Origin: Methanoregula sp. UBA276
GTDB taxonomy: Archaea > Halobacteriota > Methanomicrobia > Methanomicrobiales > Methanospirillaceae
NCBI GenBank assembly: GCA_002508495.1
Contig: DANA01000116.1
Location: 1-44,696 of the forward strand
Direction: 5' to 3'
Length of the DNA stretch: 44,696 bases
Positions 1 through 10,171 of the stretch are shown here, piece by piece. Below the pieces are notes generated by a model. It made no database searches, was not told where the DNA came from, and saw only the letters and a list, made by a program, of their open reading frames with translations. The stretch's first letter is position 1. Every line of letters begins with the position of its first letter. A program made the translations under genes and the position numbers.

Positions 1-1
1 G

Positions 2-298
2 TCCCGGGGATTCAGCCCGGCAGCACTCATGCCGGCGGTCGATATCGCCAACCGGCTGACCGACCCGAAATGGAAAGGCCTTGACGGCAAAGAGTCGTAT
101 GACCTTGCCATCTTTGTCGGGCTCCCCTATTCGATGGAGTGGACGATCCTTTCCGGCCTCAAGCATTTTGCCCCGGCGGTCAAGACCATGACGCTCGACT
201 GCGTATACCAGCCCAACGCGAGCTGGTCGTTCCCGAACAGCACGATAAAAGAATGGGCAACCAGCCTGCGGGCTATTGTCGAAAACCTGGGGGACTGA
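2..298 (+). CDS. cdhB: CO dehydrogenase/acetyl-CoA synthase (ACDS) epsilon subunit, 5'-truncated by window
   Basis: Frame is open from the window start; DPKWKGLDGKESYDL...ILSGLKHF...YQPNASWSFPN matches the CdhB C-terminus; lies directly upstream of cdhC. Confidence 0.9.
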   Translation, partial: SRGFSPAALMPAVDIANRLTDPKWKGLDGKESYDLAIFVGLPYSMEWTILSGLKHFAPAVKTMTLDCVYQPNASWSFPNSTIKEWATSLRAIVENLGD

Positions 299-305
299 GC
301 GGGTT

Positions 306-1706
306 ATGTTCGAATCCATTCCTGTTGAAGTCGGCCTGGTGCATGAAGGCGAGCGTGTCCGCAAGCAGGAAATGCAGGTGGAACTGGGCGGCCCTTCCAT
401 ACCGGAGAAATTCGAGATCGTCCGGGTGCGGCCGGCCGACCAGATTGCCGATGGTGCAATCGAGATCGAGGGGCCGGATATCCCCCAGATGCCCGAAGGC
501 AAGGCGCACCCGATCGGGATCCTTGTCGAGATTGCCGGCAGCCGGGTGGAACCTGACCTTGAAGGGGTTGTCGAGCGCCGCATCCACGAGTACAGTAACT
601 ATATCGAGGGGTTCATGCACCTCAACCAGCGGTATGATATCTGGATCCGTCTCTCGAAGAAGGCGTATGCCAAGGGGCTCAATTCCCTCCGGTTCATCGG
701 GCAGGTCATGCTTGAACTCTTCCGGAACGAACTGCCGATCATCGAGAAGATCCAGATCACGTTCATCACCGACCCGGACCAGATAAAACCCCTCTATGCC
801 GAAGCCATGCAGACCTACGAGGCCCGCGATGCCCGGGCACGGGGGCTCTCGGACGATGACGTTGACACCTTTTATGGCTGTGCGCTCTGCCAGTCGTTTG
901 CTCCCACGCATGTCTGTGTCATCACCCCCCAGCGCTATGCCAACTGCGGGGCTATCAGCTGGTTCGATGGTCGGGCCGCAGCCGGCATCGACCCCAAGGG
1001 CCCGATCTATGCCATTAGCAAAGGGGAATGCCTTGATGCGGAAAAAGGCGAGTATGCCGGGGTAAACGAGAGTGCGAAGCAGCGCTCCATGGGGGAGGTC
1101 AGCCGCGTGTACCTCTATTCGGCCTTCGGGTACCCCCACACGTCCTGCGGGTGTTTTGAAGGGATCGCCTTTTACATTCCCGAAGTTGACGGCTTTGGGA
1201 TCGTCCTGCGCGCCTTCCGCGACCTGACCGTCAACGGCCTTGCCTTCTCCACCATGGCCGATTCGACGGCCGGCGGCAGGCAGATCGACGGCTTCCATGG
1301 GATCTCGATAGAGTACATGCGCTCGAAACAGTTCCTGCATGCTGACGGTGGGTATGCCCGCGTGGTCTGGATGCCAAAGGAGATAAAAGAACGATTACAG
1401 GAATTTATCCCGGCGGAGGTTTATGACACCATTGCCACGGAAGCCGATGTCACGAACATCGACGAACTCAAATCCTTCCTCATCGACCACCACCACCCGG
1501 TCGTGGAGCGCTGGAAAGAAGATACCGGTACAGAAGAGACTGCACAACCGGTCCAGGTCTTCTCGGGTGGGGACATCCCCATTACCGCCGCAGGCTTTCG
1601 GATCATCTTGAAGAATGCACGGATCACGGCAGAGAAAGTGATCATCCAGCCGGTACGACCGCCGCACAAGCCGGGAGGTGAACGCCGTGACGCAGAAAAA
1701 CACTGA
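306..1706 (+). CDS. cdhC: ACDS beta subunit (acetyl-CoA synthase)
   Basis: EGERVRK...VELGGP, CALCQSFAPTHVC, PHTSCGCFE A-cluster motifs; ATG 306 chosen as start. Confidence 0.97.
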   Translation: MFESIPVEVGLVHEGERVRKQEMQVELGGPSIPEKFEIVRVRPADQIADGAIEIEGPDIPQMPEGKAHPIGILVEIAGSRVEPDLEGVVERRIHEYSNYIEGFMHLNQRYDIWIRLSKKAYAKGLNSLRFIGQVMLELFRNELPIIEKIQITFITDPDQIKPLYAEAMQTYEARDARARGLSDDDVDTFYGCALCQSFAPTHVCVITPQRYANCGAISWFDGRAAAGIDPKGPIYAISKGECLDAEKGEYAGVNESAKQRSMGEVSRVYLYSAFGYPHTSCGCFEGIAFYIPEVDGFGIVLRAFRDLTVNGLAFSTMADSTAGGRQIDGFHGISIEYMRSKQFLHADGGYARVVWMPKEIKERLQEFIPAEVYDTIATEADVTNIDELKSFLIDHHHPVVERWKEDTGTEETAQPVQVFSGGDIPITAAGFRIILKNARITAEKVIIQPVRPPHKPGGERRDAEKH

Positions 1707-2934
1707 CAACGGGCAGAACAACGGGGACTTCCTGAACCTTGCTCCCCGGATCCTGGAACTGCTCAAAGGGGTGAACCAGGTAGAACTCGAGAACTTCAGC
1801 ATGAATATCGGCGACCTCGACCTCTTTATTCCCTCCTGCTCGTATGCCGCACGGGAAGGGTCGGGTGCTCCTGCTGCCTGCCCGCCGCCTGCCCGTGCCC
1901 GCCCGGCAACGCTTGTTCCCGAAACGTATGCCCCGAACCTTACCGAATACCCGGGCAGGATCCGGGAAGTGACGCTTGGCGCCACAAAAGTTGGGGGCGG
2001 GAGCCGGGGAAAGACCGTGACCATCGGCGGGGCAACCACGCCGGCCTATGCTGACCGCCTCCGCCTGCCCCCCCACAGTCCGGTCATCGCCCTTGATGTC
2101 TTTGACATGCCCGTATCGCTCCCGTCTGCCCTGAAAGCACATGTTGCCGGTGTGCTGGACAACCCGGCCGAATGGGCAAAGATGAACGTGGAGAAGTACG
2201 GGGCCGATGTTGTCACCATCCACCTGATGAGCACCGACCCGCTCCTCCGCGATACCCCGGTCAGTGCTGCGGTCAGGACCGTTGAGGATATCCTGCAGGC
2301 AGTCGACGTGCCCTTAATAATCGGCGGGTGTGGCGACCCGAAGAAGGATTCTTTGGTTTTCTCCGAAGTCGCACAGATGGCTCGTGGCGAACGCCTTGTC
2401 CTCAATTCGGTAACGCTCGACATGGCAGAGGCAAAGCTCCTCGAGGGCGTTGCAACCGCGGCAAAAGAGAACGACCATATTCTCCTTGCCTTTACGGGTC
2501 TTGAACTCAACAGCGCAAAGGAGCTCAACCGCCGGCTCTACGAGTTTATCCCGCCGGAACAGATCATCATGGACCTGACAACGGTGGCCCTTGGCTATGG
2601 TCTTGAATACTCGTTCACCATCCATGAGCGGGCCCGGTATGCCGCCCTGATGGGTGATACCGAACTCGCCCACCCGGTGATCTCTGCGGCAACCAATGCC
2701 TGGGCTGCACGCGAGGCATGGATGAAGATGGCCGGTAAATACGGCCCGCGGGAACTGCGTGGCCCCATCTGGGAGACCCTCAACGCGGTCACCCTCCTGC
2801 TTGCCGGAGTCGACCTCTTTTTGATGATGCACCCGGCTGCCGTCTTTACGGTCCGCGACATTATCGGGCAGCTCGAAAAGCCGGCCGGATCGGCAGTCCC
2901 GCCGGCCATTGACTGGACGGGGGTGCCGCTATGA
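1687..2934 (+). CDS. cdhD: ACDS delta subunit (corrinoid Fe-S protein small subunit)
   Basis: YPGRIREVTLGAT..GGSRGKTVTIGG, DLTTVALGYGLEYS, NAWAAREAW, MMHPAAV; GGAGGTG RBS at 1674-1680 precedes GTG 1687. Confidence 0.95.
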   Translation: MTQKNTDNGQNNGDFLNLAPRILELLKGVNQVELENFSMNIGDLDLFIPSCSYAAREGSGAPAACPPPARARPATLVPETYAPNLTEYPGRIREVTLGATKVGGGSRGKTVTIGGATTPAYADRLRLPPHSPVIALDVFDMPVSLPSALKAHVAGVLDNPAEWAKMNVEKYGADVVTIHLMSTDPLLRDTPVSAAVRTVEDILQAVDVPLIIGGCGDPKKDSLVFSEVAQMARGERLVLNSVTLDMAEAKLLEGVATAAKENDHILLAFTGLELNSAKELNRRLYEFIPPEQIIMDLTTVALGYGLEYSFTIHERARYAALMGDTELAHPVISAATNAWAAREAWMKMAGKYGPRELRGPIWETLNAVTLLLAGVDLFLMMHPAAVFTVRDIIGQLEKPAGSAVPPAIDWTGVPL

Positions 2935-4367
2935 AGAGCGCGTCCGGTACAACACGGAAGAGCATCCAGAAGATCAGCCCGATTGACGTGTACAAACTCC
3001 TTCCCAAGACCAACTGCGGGGAGTGCAAGGAGGCAAACTGCATGGCGTTTGCAACCCGGCTTGTCAATGGCGAGCTTTTCCTTTCCGGCTGCCCCCCGCT
3101 CTTTACCGAAAAATATGCCCGTGCCCGCGAAGCGCTGGAAGAGCTCATGGAACCCCCGGTACGGGCGGTAACCTTCGGCACCGGCAAAAACGCCGTCACG
3201 ATCGGGGGCAAGTACGTCCTCTGGCGCCACGAGTTCACCTACCATAACCCGACGGCTGTCGCGATCGATGTCCACGACCAGATGACTCCCGATGAACTCG
3301 TACAACGCGTGGGGTCCATTGCACAATTCACCTACAATTACATCGGCAGGACGCTCAATGTCAACGCAGTTGCCATCCGTTCGGTAACCAAAGACCCGGC
3401 GGCGTTTGCTGCGGCAGTCCGTTCCGTTGCCGGTGCAACCGACCTGCCGCTCATCCTCTGTACTCTTGATCCTGCGGTGATGAAAGCCGGTCTTGAGAAA
3501 GCCCGGGATAGCCGCCCGCTCATCTATGCTGCCAACGGGGACAACTGGAGCGCGATGGCGGATCTTGCTCTCGAAGCCGGTGCGCCGCTGGTGGTCTCTG
3601 CCCCCGGGGATCCGGCACTCCTCCGCTCCCTTGTACGGACCCTCCTCGACTGCGGGGTAAACGACCTTGTCCTCGACCCCGGTACGTTTGCCGGTGCCGG
3701 GCTTCCTGAAACGATCAGCACGTTCACCGACATCCGCTCGCAGGCATGCCGGCAGTTCGATGAGCTCTTCGGGTTTCCCCTGCTCGGCCTGCCTCTTGCC
3801 GTCTGGACGGGCGACGAGATCTCGGAAGATGTCCTCAAATGGAAAGAAGCGGTACTTGCCTCCATGCTCATGTCGCGCTATGCCGACATCCTCATCATGC
3901 ACAGCCTGGACGGGTGGGTGCTCCTTCCCCAGCTCATCTGGCGGTTCAACCTCTACACGGATCCGCGGAAACCCGTGTCCGTCGAAGCAGGGGTCAAACC
4001 CTTCGGGCGGCCGGATAAAAATTCCCCGGTACTGGTAACCACCAACTATGCCCTCACCTACTTCACGGTGGAATCGGACATCAAGGCCGCGAACCTTGAC
4101 TGTTATCTCATCGTAGCCGATACCGGTGGCCTGAGTGTCGAGAGCGCAGTTGCCGGCCGGATCTTCACGGCCGAGTCCATCGCGACGGCACTGAAGGACT
4201 ATTCCATTGCCGGCCTCGTGGATCATACTACGCTCATCATCCCGGGCCTTGCAGCACGGTTGAGCGGCGAGACGGAAGAGGCGACCGGCTGGAAGATCCT
4301 TGTCGGGCCTAAAGACTCCTCCGGCATCCCCCAGTTCCTCCGGGAGCACTGGCGAACGGAACACTAG
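2931..4367 (+). CDS. cdhE: ACDS gamma subunit (corrinoid Fe-S protein large subunit, AcsC/CdhE)
   Basis: LPKTNCGECKEANCMAFA Fe-S motif, YTDPRKP, TTNYALTYFTVESD; ATGA overlap with cdhD. Confidence 0.96.
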   Translation: MKSASGTTRKSIQKISPIDVYKLLPKTNCGECKEANCMAFATRLVNGELFLSGCPPLFTEKYARAREALEELMEPPVRAVTFGTGKNAVTIGGKYVLWRHEFTYHNPTAVAIDVHDQMTPDELVQRVGSIAQFTYNYIGRTLNVNAVAIRSVTKDPAAFAAAVRSVAGATDLPLILCTLDPAVMKAGLEKARDSRPLIYAANGDNWSAMADLALEAGAPLVVSAPGDPALLRSLVRTLLDCGVNDLVLDPGTFAGAGLPETISTFTDIRSQACRQFDELFGFPLLGLPLAVWTGDEISEDVLKWKEAVLASMLMSRYADILIMHSLDGWVLLPQLIWRFNLYTDPRKPVSVEAGVKPFGRPDKNSPVLVTTNYALTYFTVESDIKAANLDCYLIVADTGGLSVESAVAGRIFTAESIATALKDYSIAGLVDHTTLIIPGLAARLSGETEEATGWKILVGPKDSSGIPQFLREHWRTEH

Positions 4368-4465
4368 GGAAGGCTCCTGCCCGGGTATACGGGCACAAAA
4401 AAATGTCTTCTCTTTCCGCCGCTGCTGTTTGCGGCTGATAATAAAAACCCATGGAGTATCTCGCA

Positions 4466-6298
4466 ATGACAGACCCGGCCAGTGTTCTTTTCCATCCGCT
4501 CAACCGGATCGTTTCGGTGGAACGCGGGACAACCGTGCTTGACGCGGTACGGAAGGCCGGTATCCAGTTTGAGAGCATCTGCGGCGGGAAAGGCGAGTGC
4601 AACAAGTGCAAGGTCATTCATGTCCGGGGCAAGTGCGATGCAGGTTCACCCCTGAGCACCAAAGGTCTTTCCCCCTATGAGATTGCCCATCACTACTGCC
4701 GTGCCTGCCAGACACGGGTCTTTGGGGATTGCGAGTTTGTCATTCCGGTCGAGAGCCAGATCGATTCTCCCCGGATCCTGCTGTCGTATACCATCCCTCC
4801 CCATCATCACGACCCGGCGGTGAAAAAATACCTGGTCCTGCACGATGCGGAACCGGCCATCCCCCTGCCCGGTCACCGGTCCCTGAAACTTGCAAATTAC
4901 ACCGGCATCCGCCCGCAGATGACCAGAACACAGCAGGAGCACCTGGTCAATGCGGGAACGCTGCAGACGGTTACGGTCTCTACAACGGCCGGTTACCCAG
5001 ACATTGTCCGGATCGAGGATGGTGATACAACGTCTTCCTGCTACGGCATTGCCCTTGATATCGGCACCACCACCGTTGCCGGCGTCCTTATCGATCTTGG
5101 TACGGGAAAGGTCTGCTCTGAAGCGAGCGGTCTCAACCTCCAGATCACCCATGGCGAAGAACTCCTTACCCGGATTGGGGTGGCACGAAAATCAGAAGGA
5201 AGGGAACAGTTGCGCGAATCTGCGGTCCGCAGTGCAAACGAGGTCATCAGCCGGCTGGTGGCAGGCGCCAATATCAGCAATGATGCTGTCTGCGATGTCT
5301 GCCTTGCCGGAAATACCGTGATGCAGTACCTTTTCCTGGGCCGGGATCCCTCGTTGCTCGAGATCGCCAACACGGAAGTCCCCCGCGCCCCGGTCACGCT
5401 TCGTGCCCGGGATGCCGGCCTGCACGTCAACCCGGATGCATGGGTGTACTGCCTTCCCGCGGTAAGCCGGTTTGTCGGGGGGGACGCGGTCGGCGATGTG
5501 GTTGCAAGCGGCATGCACCTGTCCGGTGACATTTCGCTCCTGATTGACCTTGGCACAAACGGCGAGGTCATCCTCGGGAACCGCGAGTGGCTCGCCTCGG
5601 TCTCGTGTGCATCGGGCCCGGCATTCGAGGGAGCGGGAATAACCTGCGGTATGCGGGCGATGGCAGGGGCTGTCGACCACGTAACAATCGATCCGGTATC
5701 CTGTGCGGTCACCTGTACCACCATCGAAAACGCGACCAGCCGGGGGATCTGCGGGTCCGGGCTCATCGACGCGGCTGCTGCCATGGTCGCGGCCGGCATC
5801 CTTGATTTCTCCGGCAGGTTTGTGGAAGGAAGACCGGGAGTCCGCGAGGGGCCCGACGGGCTGGAATTTGTCCTTGTTCCAAAGGAGATGACCGCAACGG
5901 GTCGTGATATTATCATCAACCGGCCGGACCTCCTCTACCTCATGGACACAAAGGCGGCAGCCTGCGGTGCGGTGGGTGTCCTGTTAAAAAAATACCGGCT
6001 CACGGTACGGGATATCCGGCATGTCTACCTGGCCGGGGGATTCGGGGAGTACGCCGGCCGCGAGGAGCTGACACGTTTTGGCATCCTCCCGAAATTTCCG
6101 CAGGCAGCGTTCCATGCGACCGGGAACGGATCGCTCTCGGGTGCCACTGCTGCACTCCTCTCGCAGGAGAAGCGGGAAGAACTCACCCGCGTTGCCCGGC
6201 GGATGGTCTACATCGACCTGCTGGTCGATGCCGATTTTATCGAGGAGTATACCGCGGCGCTCTATATCCCCGGTAAACCAGAGTATTTCCCGGACTGA
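4466..6298 (+). CDS. ASKHA-domain protein with N-terminal 2Fe-2S domain (RACo/DUF4445 corrinoid reductive activator family)
   Basis: CGGKGECNKC...ACQ ferredoxin motif; DIGTTT, DLGTNGE, SGPAFEG, GICGSG, LAGGFG motifs; start 4466 or 4451. Confidence 0.9.
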   Translation: MTDPASVLFHPLNRIVSVERGTTVLDAVRKAGIQFESICGGKGECNKCKVIHVRGKCDAGSPLSTKGLSPYEIAHHYCRACQTRVFGDCEFVIPVESQIDSPRILLSYTIPPHHHDPAVKKYLVLHDAEPAIPLPGHRSLKLANYTGIRPQMTRTQQEHLVNAGTLQTVTVSTTAGYPDIVRIEDGDTTSSCYGIALDIGTTTVAGVLIDLGTGKVCSEASGLNLQITHGEELLTRIGVARKSEGREQLRESAVRSANEVISRLVAGANISNDAVCDVCLAGNTVMQYLFLGRDPSLLEIANTEVPRAPVTLRARDAGLHVNPDAWVYCLPAVSRFVGGDAVGDVVASGMHLSGDISLLIDLGTNGEVILGNREWLASVSCASGPAFEGAGITCGMRAMAGAVDHVTIDPVSCAVTCTTIENATSRGICGSGLIDAAAAMVAAGILDFSGRFVEGRPGVREGPDGLEFVLVPKEMTATGRDIIINRPDLLYLMDTKAAACGAVGVLLKKYRLTVRDIRHVYLAGGFGEYAGREELTRFGILPKFPQAAFHATGNGSLSGATAALLSQEKREELTRVARRMVYIDLLVDADFIEEYTAALYIPGKPEYFPD

Positions 6299-6412
6299 TG
6301 ATCGTGATCTGGATCATTTTTTCAGACGATGGCGTGAGGGCCGTGCAGGCCTGCCGGTACAACAGGTACGTGGTATTAAGGTCAATCCCGAACCAGGCAT
6401 CCTGGGTGCACC

Positions 6413-7048
6413 ATGACCGATAACCGGGCCGCGTGGGACGTGGCATACCGGCGGCGGGGCCAGCTCTATGGTGGGGCGGCCCCAAAAATCGAAGGTCTCC
6501 GGCCCGGTGCGCGGGTTCTCGAACTGGGCTGCGGCAGCGGGAAGAATGCGTTTCCTCTCCTGGCACAAGGTCACGAAGTCATTGCACTGGATTTCTCCCG
6601 GCCTGCGGTCATCGCGGCAAAAACCGCCATCGCCCCCTCTACGGGGGGTCACATCATCGTTGCCGATGCACGGGAAATCCCGGTAAAAGCAGGTTCCTGC
6701 GATGCCGTGATCGCCCGGCACGTTATCGGCCACCTGAATTACGGCGGGAGAAACGCGGCATCTGCTGAAATCTGCCGGGTCCTGCGCACCGGCGGTGTGC
6801 TCCATTTCTCTGCATTCTCCCGCGAGGATTTCCGGTGCGGCCAGGGCGAATGCACGGAAGATGGCACGTTCCTCCGCGGCACCGGGATCAGTACCCATTA
6901 TTTTTCCGGCGATGAGGTGCGCTTGCTCTTCTCCTCGCTCACCTGCCGGTCCCTGCACGCCGTGACGTGGCCTCTTGTTGTTCGCGGGAAGGAGTACCGC
7001 AGAAGCGAGATCCATGCGATTTTTATTCGCCAGGAAGTTACCTTCTGA
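6413..7048 (+). CDS. Class I SAM-dependent methyltransferase
   Basis: VLELGCGSGKN motif I, ALDFS, VLRTGG. Confidence 0.88.
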   Translation: MTDNRAAWDVAYRRRGQLYGGAAPKIEGLRPGARVLELGCGSGKNAFPLLAQGHEVIALDFSRPAVIAAKTAIAPSTGGHIIVADAREIPVKAGSCDAVIARHVIGHLNYGGRNAASAEICRVLRTGGVLHFSAFSREDFRCGQGECTEDGTFLRGTGISTHYFSGDEVRLLFSSLTCRSLHAVTWPLVVRGKEYRRSEIHAIFIRQEVTF

Positions 7049-7102
7049 CCACACCCTTTTTTAAGATACTACTTCCCATCTTCCTGCATGAGGGAACAAC
7101 TC

Positions 7103-8404
7103 ATGCGATGTTTTCCGATCCTGATTGGGCTTTTTGCTCTCCTGATCGCTGCTCCTGTTGTCACGGCAATCGGCGGCGATGAAGGATGGATCGACGTGCG
7201 CTGCAATGTTGATGGCGCCACGGTGAAATTCGATGGCGAATACAAAGGCGTAACTGCAGGCGGATCGCTCACGGTTCCGGTCTATACTACCGGTTCGCCC
7301 TACTCCACGGTTACGGTAGAGAAGTCCGGTTACAACACCTTCTCCGGCTCGCTCGTCATGCCTGCGGCGGGACAGACCACGACCGTGTATGCGACCCTCA
7401 ACCCCATCCCGACACCCGTCCAGTACGGGTCCATCCATGTCGAATCCCAGCCTTCCGGGGCCGAGATATCCTTCAACGGGGATTACCGCGGTCTTTCCCC
7501 CTTGACCATCAATGACGTCTGGCCGGGGACGTACACCATCACGGCAGAGAAGAACGGGTACCATACCTACTCGACCAAAACCACGGTATCATCGGGTGTC
7601 CGGTCGCAGGTCTTCTGCACGCTCTCCCCGCTGGACAATGCCGGGTCACTGTACGTGATCTCAACACCATCCAATGCCAACATCTACCTCGATGCGGTGT
7701 ACAAGGGCCACACCCCGATGACGATCAGCAACCTAGCTGCCGGCACCCATATTATCGAGGTCGATAAGGCCGGGTATTATGACTGGAAATCTTCCGTGGA
7801 AGTCCCGGCCGGCGGGACCCGGACGGTATCTGCCACCTTAAACCCGATGCCCGCAAGCACCGTTGGCTGGGTCTATGTCTCATCCAGCCCCGGTGGCGCA
7901 TCAGTGACCCTTGATGGTGCCGCGGTCGGGCAGACCCCCTACTCCGGCTCGCTCAAGATCAACAATGTCGCTACCGGTACCCGCACGGTGGCATTGACCC
8001 TCAGCGGCTATGCGCCCTACTCAGTCCAGACCACGGTCTCGCCGAACACGGTCTCTGAAGTGACCGCGATCCTTGTTCCTTCTGCACCGGTATCTTCGAC
8101 CGGCGCACTCTCGGTCTCCTCAACTCCGGCCGGGGCAAATGTCCTGCTGGATAACCAGTTCGTGGGTATCACTCCCCTGACCCTCAATTCAGTAAATACC
8201 GGCTCCCACACGGTGACGATCCAGATGAGCGGGTATGCAGACTACAGCGTGACAACGCAGGTCAATGCCGGTGCCACCAGCACGGTGGCAGCAGCGCTTC
8301 TCCCCCAAACACCGCCTACCCAGAAATCTCCCCTGCCGTTCGCCCTCACCCTCGCGGCACTGGGAATTTTTGGTTTCATGGCTGTGGGCCGGCGGTTCCG
8401 GTAA
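7103..8404 (+). CDS. Multi-PEGA-domain surface protein with signal peptide and C-terminal TM anchor
   Basis: Repeated S.PSGA.I.lDg.y.G.TP units; N-terminal hydrophobic signal; ends KSPLP-TM-RRFR. Confidence 0.9.
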   Translation: MRCFPILIGLFALLIAAPVVTAIGGDEGWIDVRCNVDGATVKFDGEYKGVTAGGSLTVPVYTTGSPYSTVTVEKSGYNTFSGSLVMPAAGQTTTVYATLNPIPTPVQYGSIHVESQPSGAEISFNGDYRGLSPLTINDVWPGTYTITAEKNGYHTYSTKTTVSSGVRSQVFCTLSPLDNAGSLYVISTPSNANIYLDAVYKGHTPMTISNLAAGTHIIEVDKAGYYDWKSSVEVPAGGTRTVSATLNPMPASTVGWVYVSSSPGGASVTLDGAAVGQTPYSGSLKINNVATGTRTVALTLSGYAPYSVQTTVSPNTVSEVTAILVPSAPVSSTGALSVSSTPAGANVLLDNQFVGITPLTLNSVNTGSHTVTIQMSGYADYSVTTQVNAGATSTVAAALLPQTPPTQKSPLPFALTLAALGIFGFMAVGRRFR

Positions 8405-8584
8405 CTCCATTTTTTTACATCTATTCTCCGAAAGGTCAATGCGACTCCTGTGACGGGATTCGTACGTTCCGGGCCAAGCCTGTGGTCCCATCACAATTCA
8501 ATACTATTCCTAGCAGGTTTTCAACAAATCAGATAATTACCCAGGTAGCGGCGACCATGATGCAACACGATTTTTTCTAATTAT

Positions 8585-8864
8585 GAAACCGAATTGAAGC
8601 CGCCGCGGGGCGCCCTTCGGGGCGGCGGCCGTTCATCATAATTACTATCTGGCAGAATCAGCCTTCACCTACAGAACATTTCGAGTTTTTCATAAGAAAT
8701 CCTCATTTCGGAAAAATGGTGCCCCCCTTGCGCCAGCCCTGCCCCCAAGGGGGCGGGGGCGCTTGCGATGTTTCCGTATTTCCTGCACACGACACTCCGG
8801 CAATGGTTCTTTTCACGAAACAAAAAGTGATGCCGTCGCGAGATGTCTTTTTTGGTCGGCGGCA
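8585..8864 (+). repeat. Modular intergenic repeat, locus A (modules L+R, weak Q)
   Basis: 8585-8800 aligns by eye to the reverse complement of ~19768-19983; hairpins GCCGCCGC(8599-8606)/GCGGCGGC(8622-8629) and GCCCCC-AA-GGGGGC. Confidence 0.85.
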
Positions 8865-9131
8865 GAAATCGCAATTTCCTGCAAATATTCTGGAAATGGT
8901 AGTCTATTTTGTCATACCTTGAAAATCCTCTGGAATGATGATGAGTTTATCGCACTCAAAACCCCTCATTACGAATAACTCCGTGGTTTCCCTGCAAAGA
9001 GACCATGCAGCAGTTCGGGCAATGCAATGGCAGATAAATTCATCGCAAAAAATCGCATCCTCCCATAAGTGTGCGGGAATCTAAAAAAACGAGGAGCAGT
9101 CCGGAACGCTCCTGCGATGGATAAGCCCGCC

Positions 9132-10004
9132 TTACATTTTTTTCCTGAAGACCATGCAGGCGGTAACAACGCCGGCAAACGCAAGGGCCAGGCCAAAACC
9201 GGGTGCATATGTTGCAGGGACCGGACCATAGGAGAGGAAGACCGAGAGCTGGAGGGTCTCACCTTCTTTTACCATCACGGTCTTCTCGATGGTCTCGTAC
9301 CCGTCCCTGCTGAAGCGAAGTGTATGTTCTCCAGGTACTATGTCGGGGAACGTACCAGGAGCCGTGCCAATATAATTCCCATCCATGGTTACCATGATCC
9401 CTTCCGGTGAAGAGATGACCTTGATTGCGCCCGCCGGTGTTGTCGGGATGGGTTGCCCCGCTGCAGCAGCCTGTGCCTCAGCCGCGGCAGCTTTTGCCGG
9501 GTCGATGACAATGTGGGTGAGGGCGGGAAGGACATCAGCACCGGTGAATTGACGGCTATAGGTGTCCGGGAACGTGACGGTCATGACACCGGGAGAGAAA
9601 TCCGCCGTAACGACCGTGCTTACCGCGGACTGCTGGAGTGCGATCTGGGCCTTTTTGAAGTCCATGGTCACGGTCCGGTATTCTGTACCGGTCGGCACAT
9701 CCCCGACCGCGGCAAATTTCTTCAGCCGGATTGTCGCGCTGGAACGGTCCATGACGATGAGTTCCGGCGGGTCGGAGCTGGTTCCCAGCCCTTTCAAGAG
9801 TTCCTCTTCAAGCATCGACTGGGGGATGGCATTTTCAATAAATCCCTCAAGCGTGAACCGGAAGACCGCGATGGCATCCCCGGTTTCGTCAACCGTGATG
9901 TCCAGGGAGCTGGCCGTAAAAGCGGCAGCCGGGCCGGTGATGAACAATACCAGGACCGCAATCATAAGTACCGTGCGCAGTCTGCATGAAATAGCTGAAA
10001 CCAT
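9132..10004 (-). CDS. PEGA-domain exported protein with PGF-CTERM-like sorting signal
   Basis: Signal peptide; SSPEG...DGNYIGTAP...PGEHTL PEGA unit; C-terminus APGF-TM-RKK. Confidence 0.85.
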   Translation of the reverse strand: MVSAISCRLRTVLMIAVLVLFITGPAAAFTASSLDITVDETGDAIAVFRFTLEGFIENAIPQSMLEEELLKGLGTSSDPPELIVMDRSSATIRLKKFAAVGDVPTGTEYRTVTMDFKKAQIALQQSAVSTVVTADFSPGVMTVTFPDTYSRQFTGADVLPALTHIVIDPAKAAAAEAQAAAAGQPIPTTPAGAIKVISSPEGIMVTMDGNYIGTAPGTFPDIVPGEHTLRFSRDGYETIEKTVMVKEGETLQLSVFLSYGPVPATYAPGFGLALAFAGVVTACMVFRKKM

Positions 10005-10171
10005 GGATGTTATTCCGTCCTTTTTCTGGTTGGGAACAAGTTCTCGGTACTACTATACGCGTCTCATTGTCGATAACCTTTCAGGTCAGTCTGAAGACGG
10101 GTAACCGGCAGGGAGGAAGGGCGGGGCGCCGCGCCCTTTAATAGCGCCCAAAAACAAGTACACCGGCAGGT

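Noticed and set aside
2595-4466. 623-aa minus-strand ORF and other long antisense ORFs (273-1340, 24600-25685, 40760-42151)
   Set aside because: Shadow frames of well-supported genes in GC-rich DNA; no motifs
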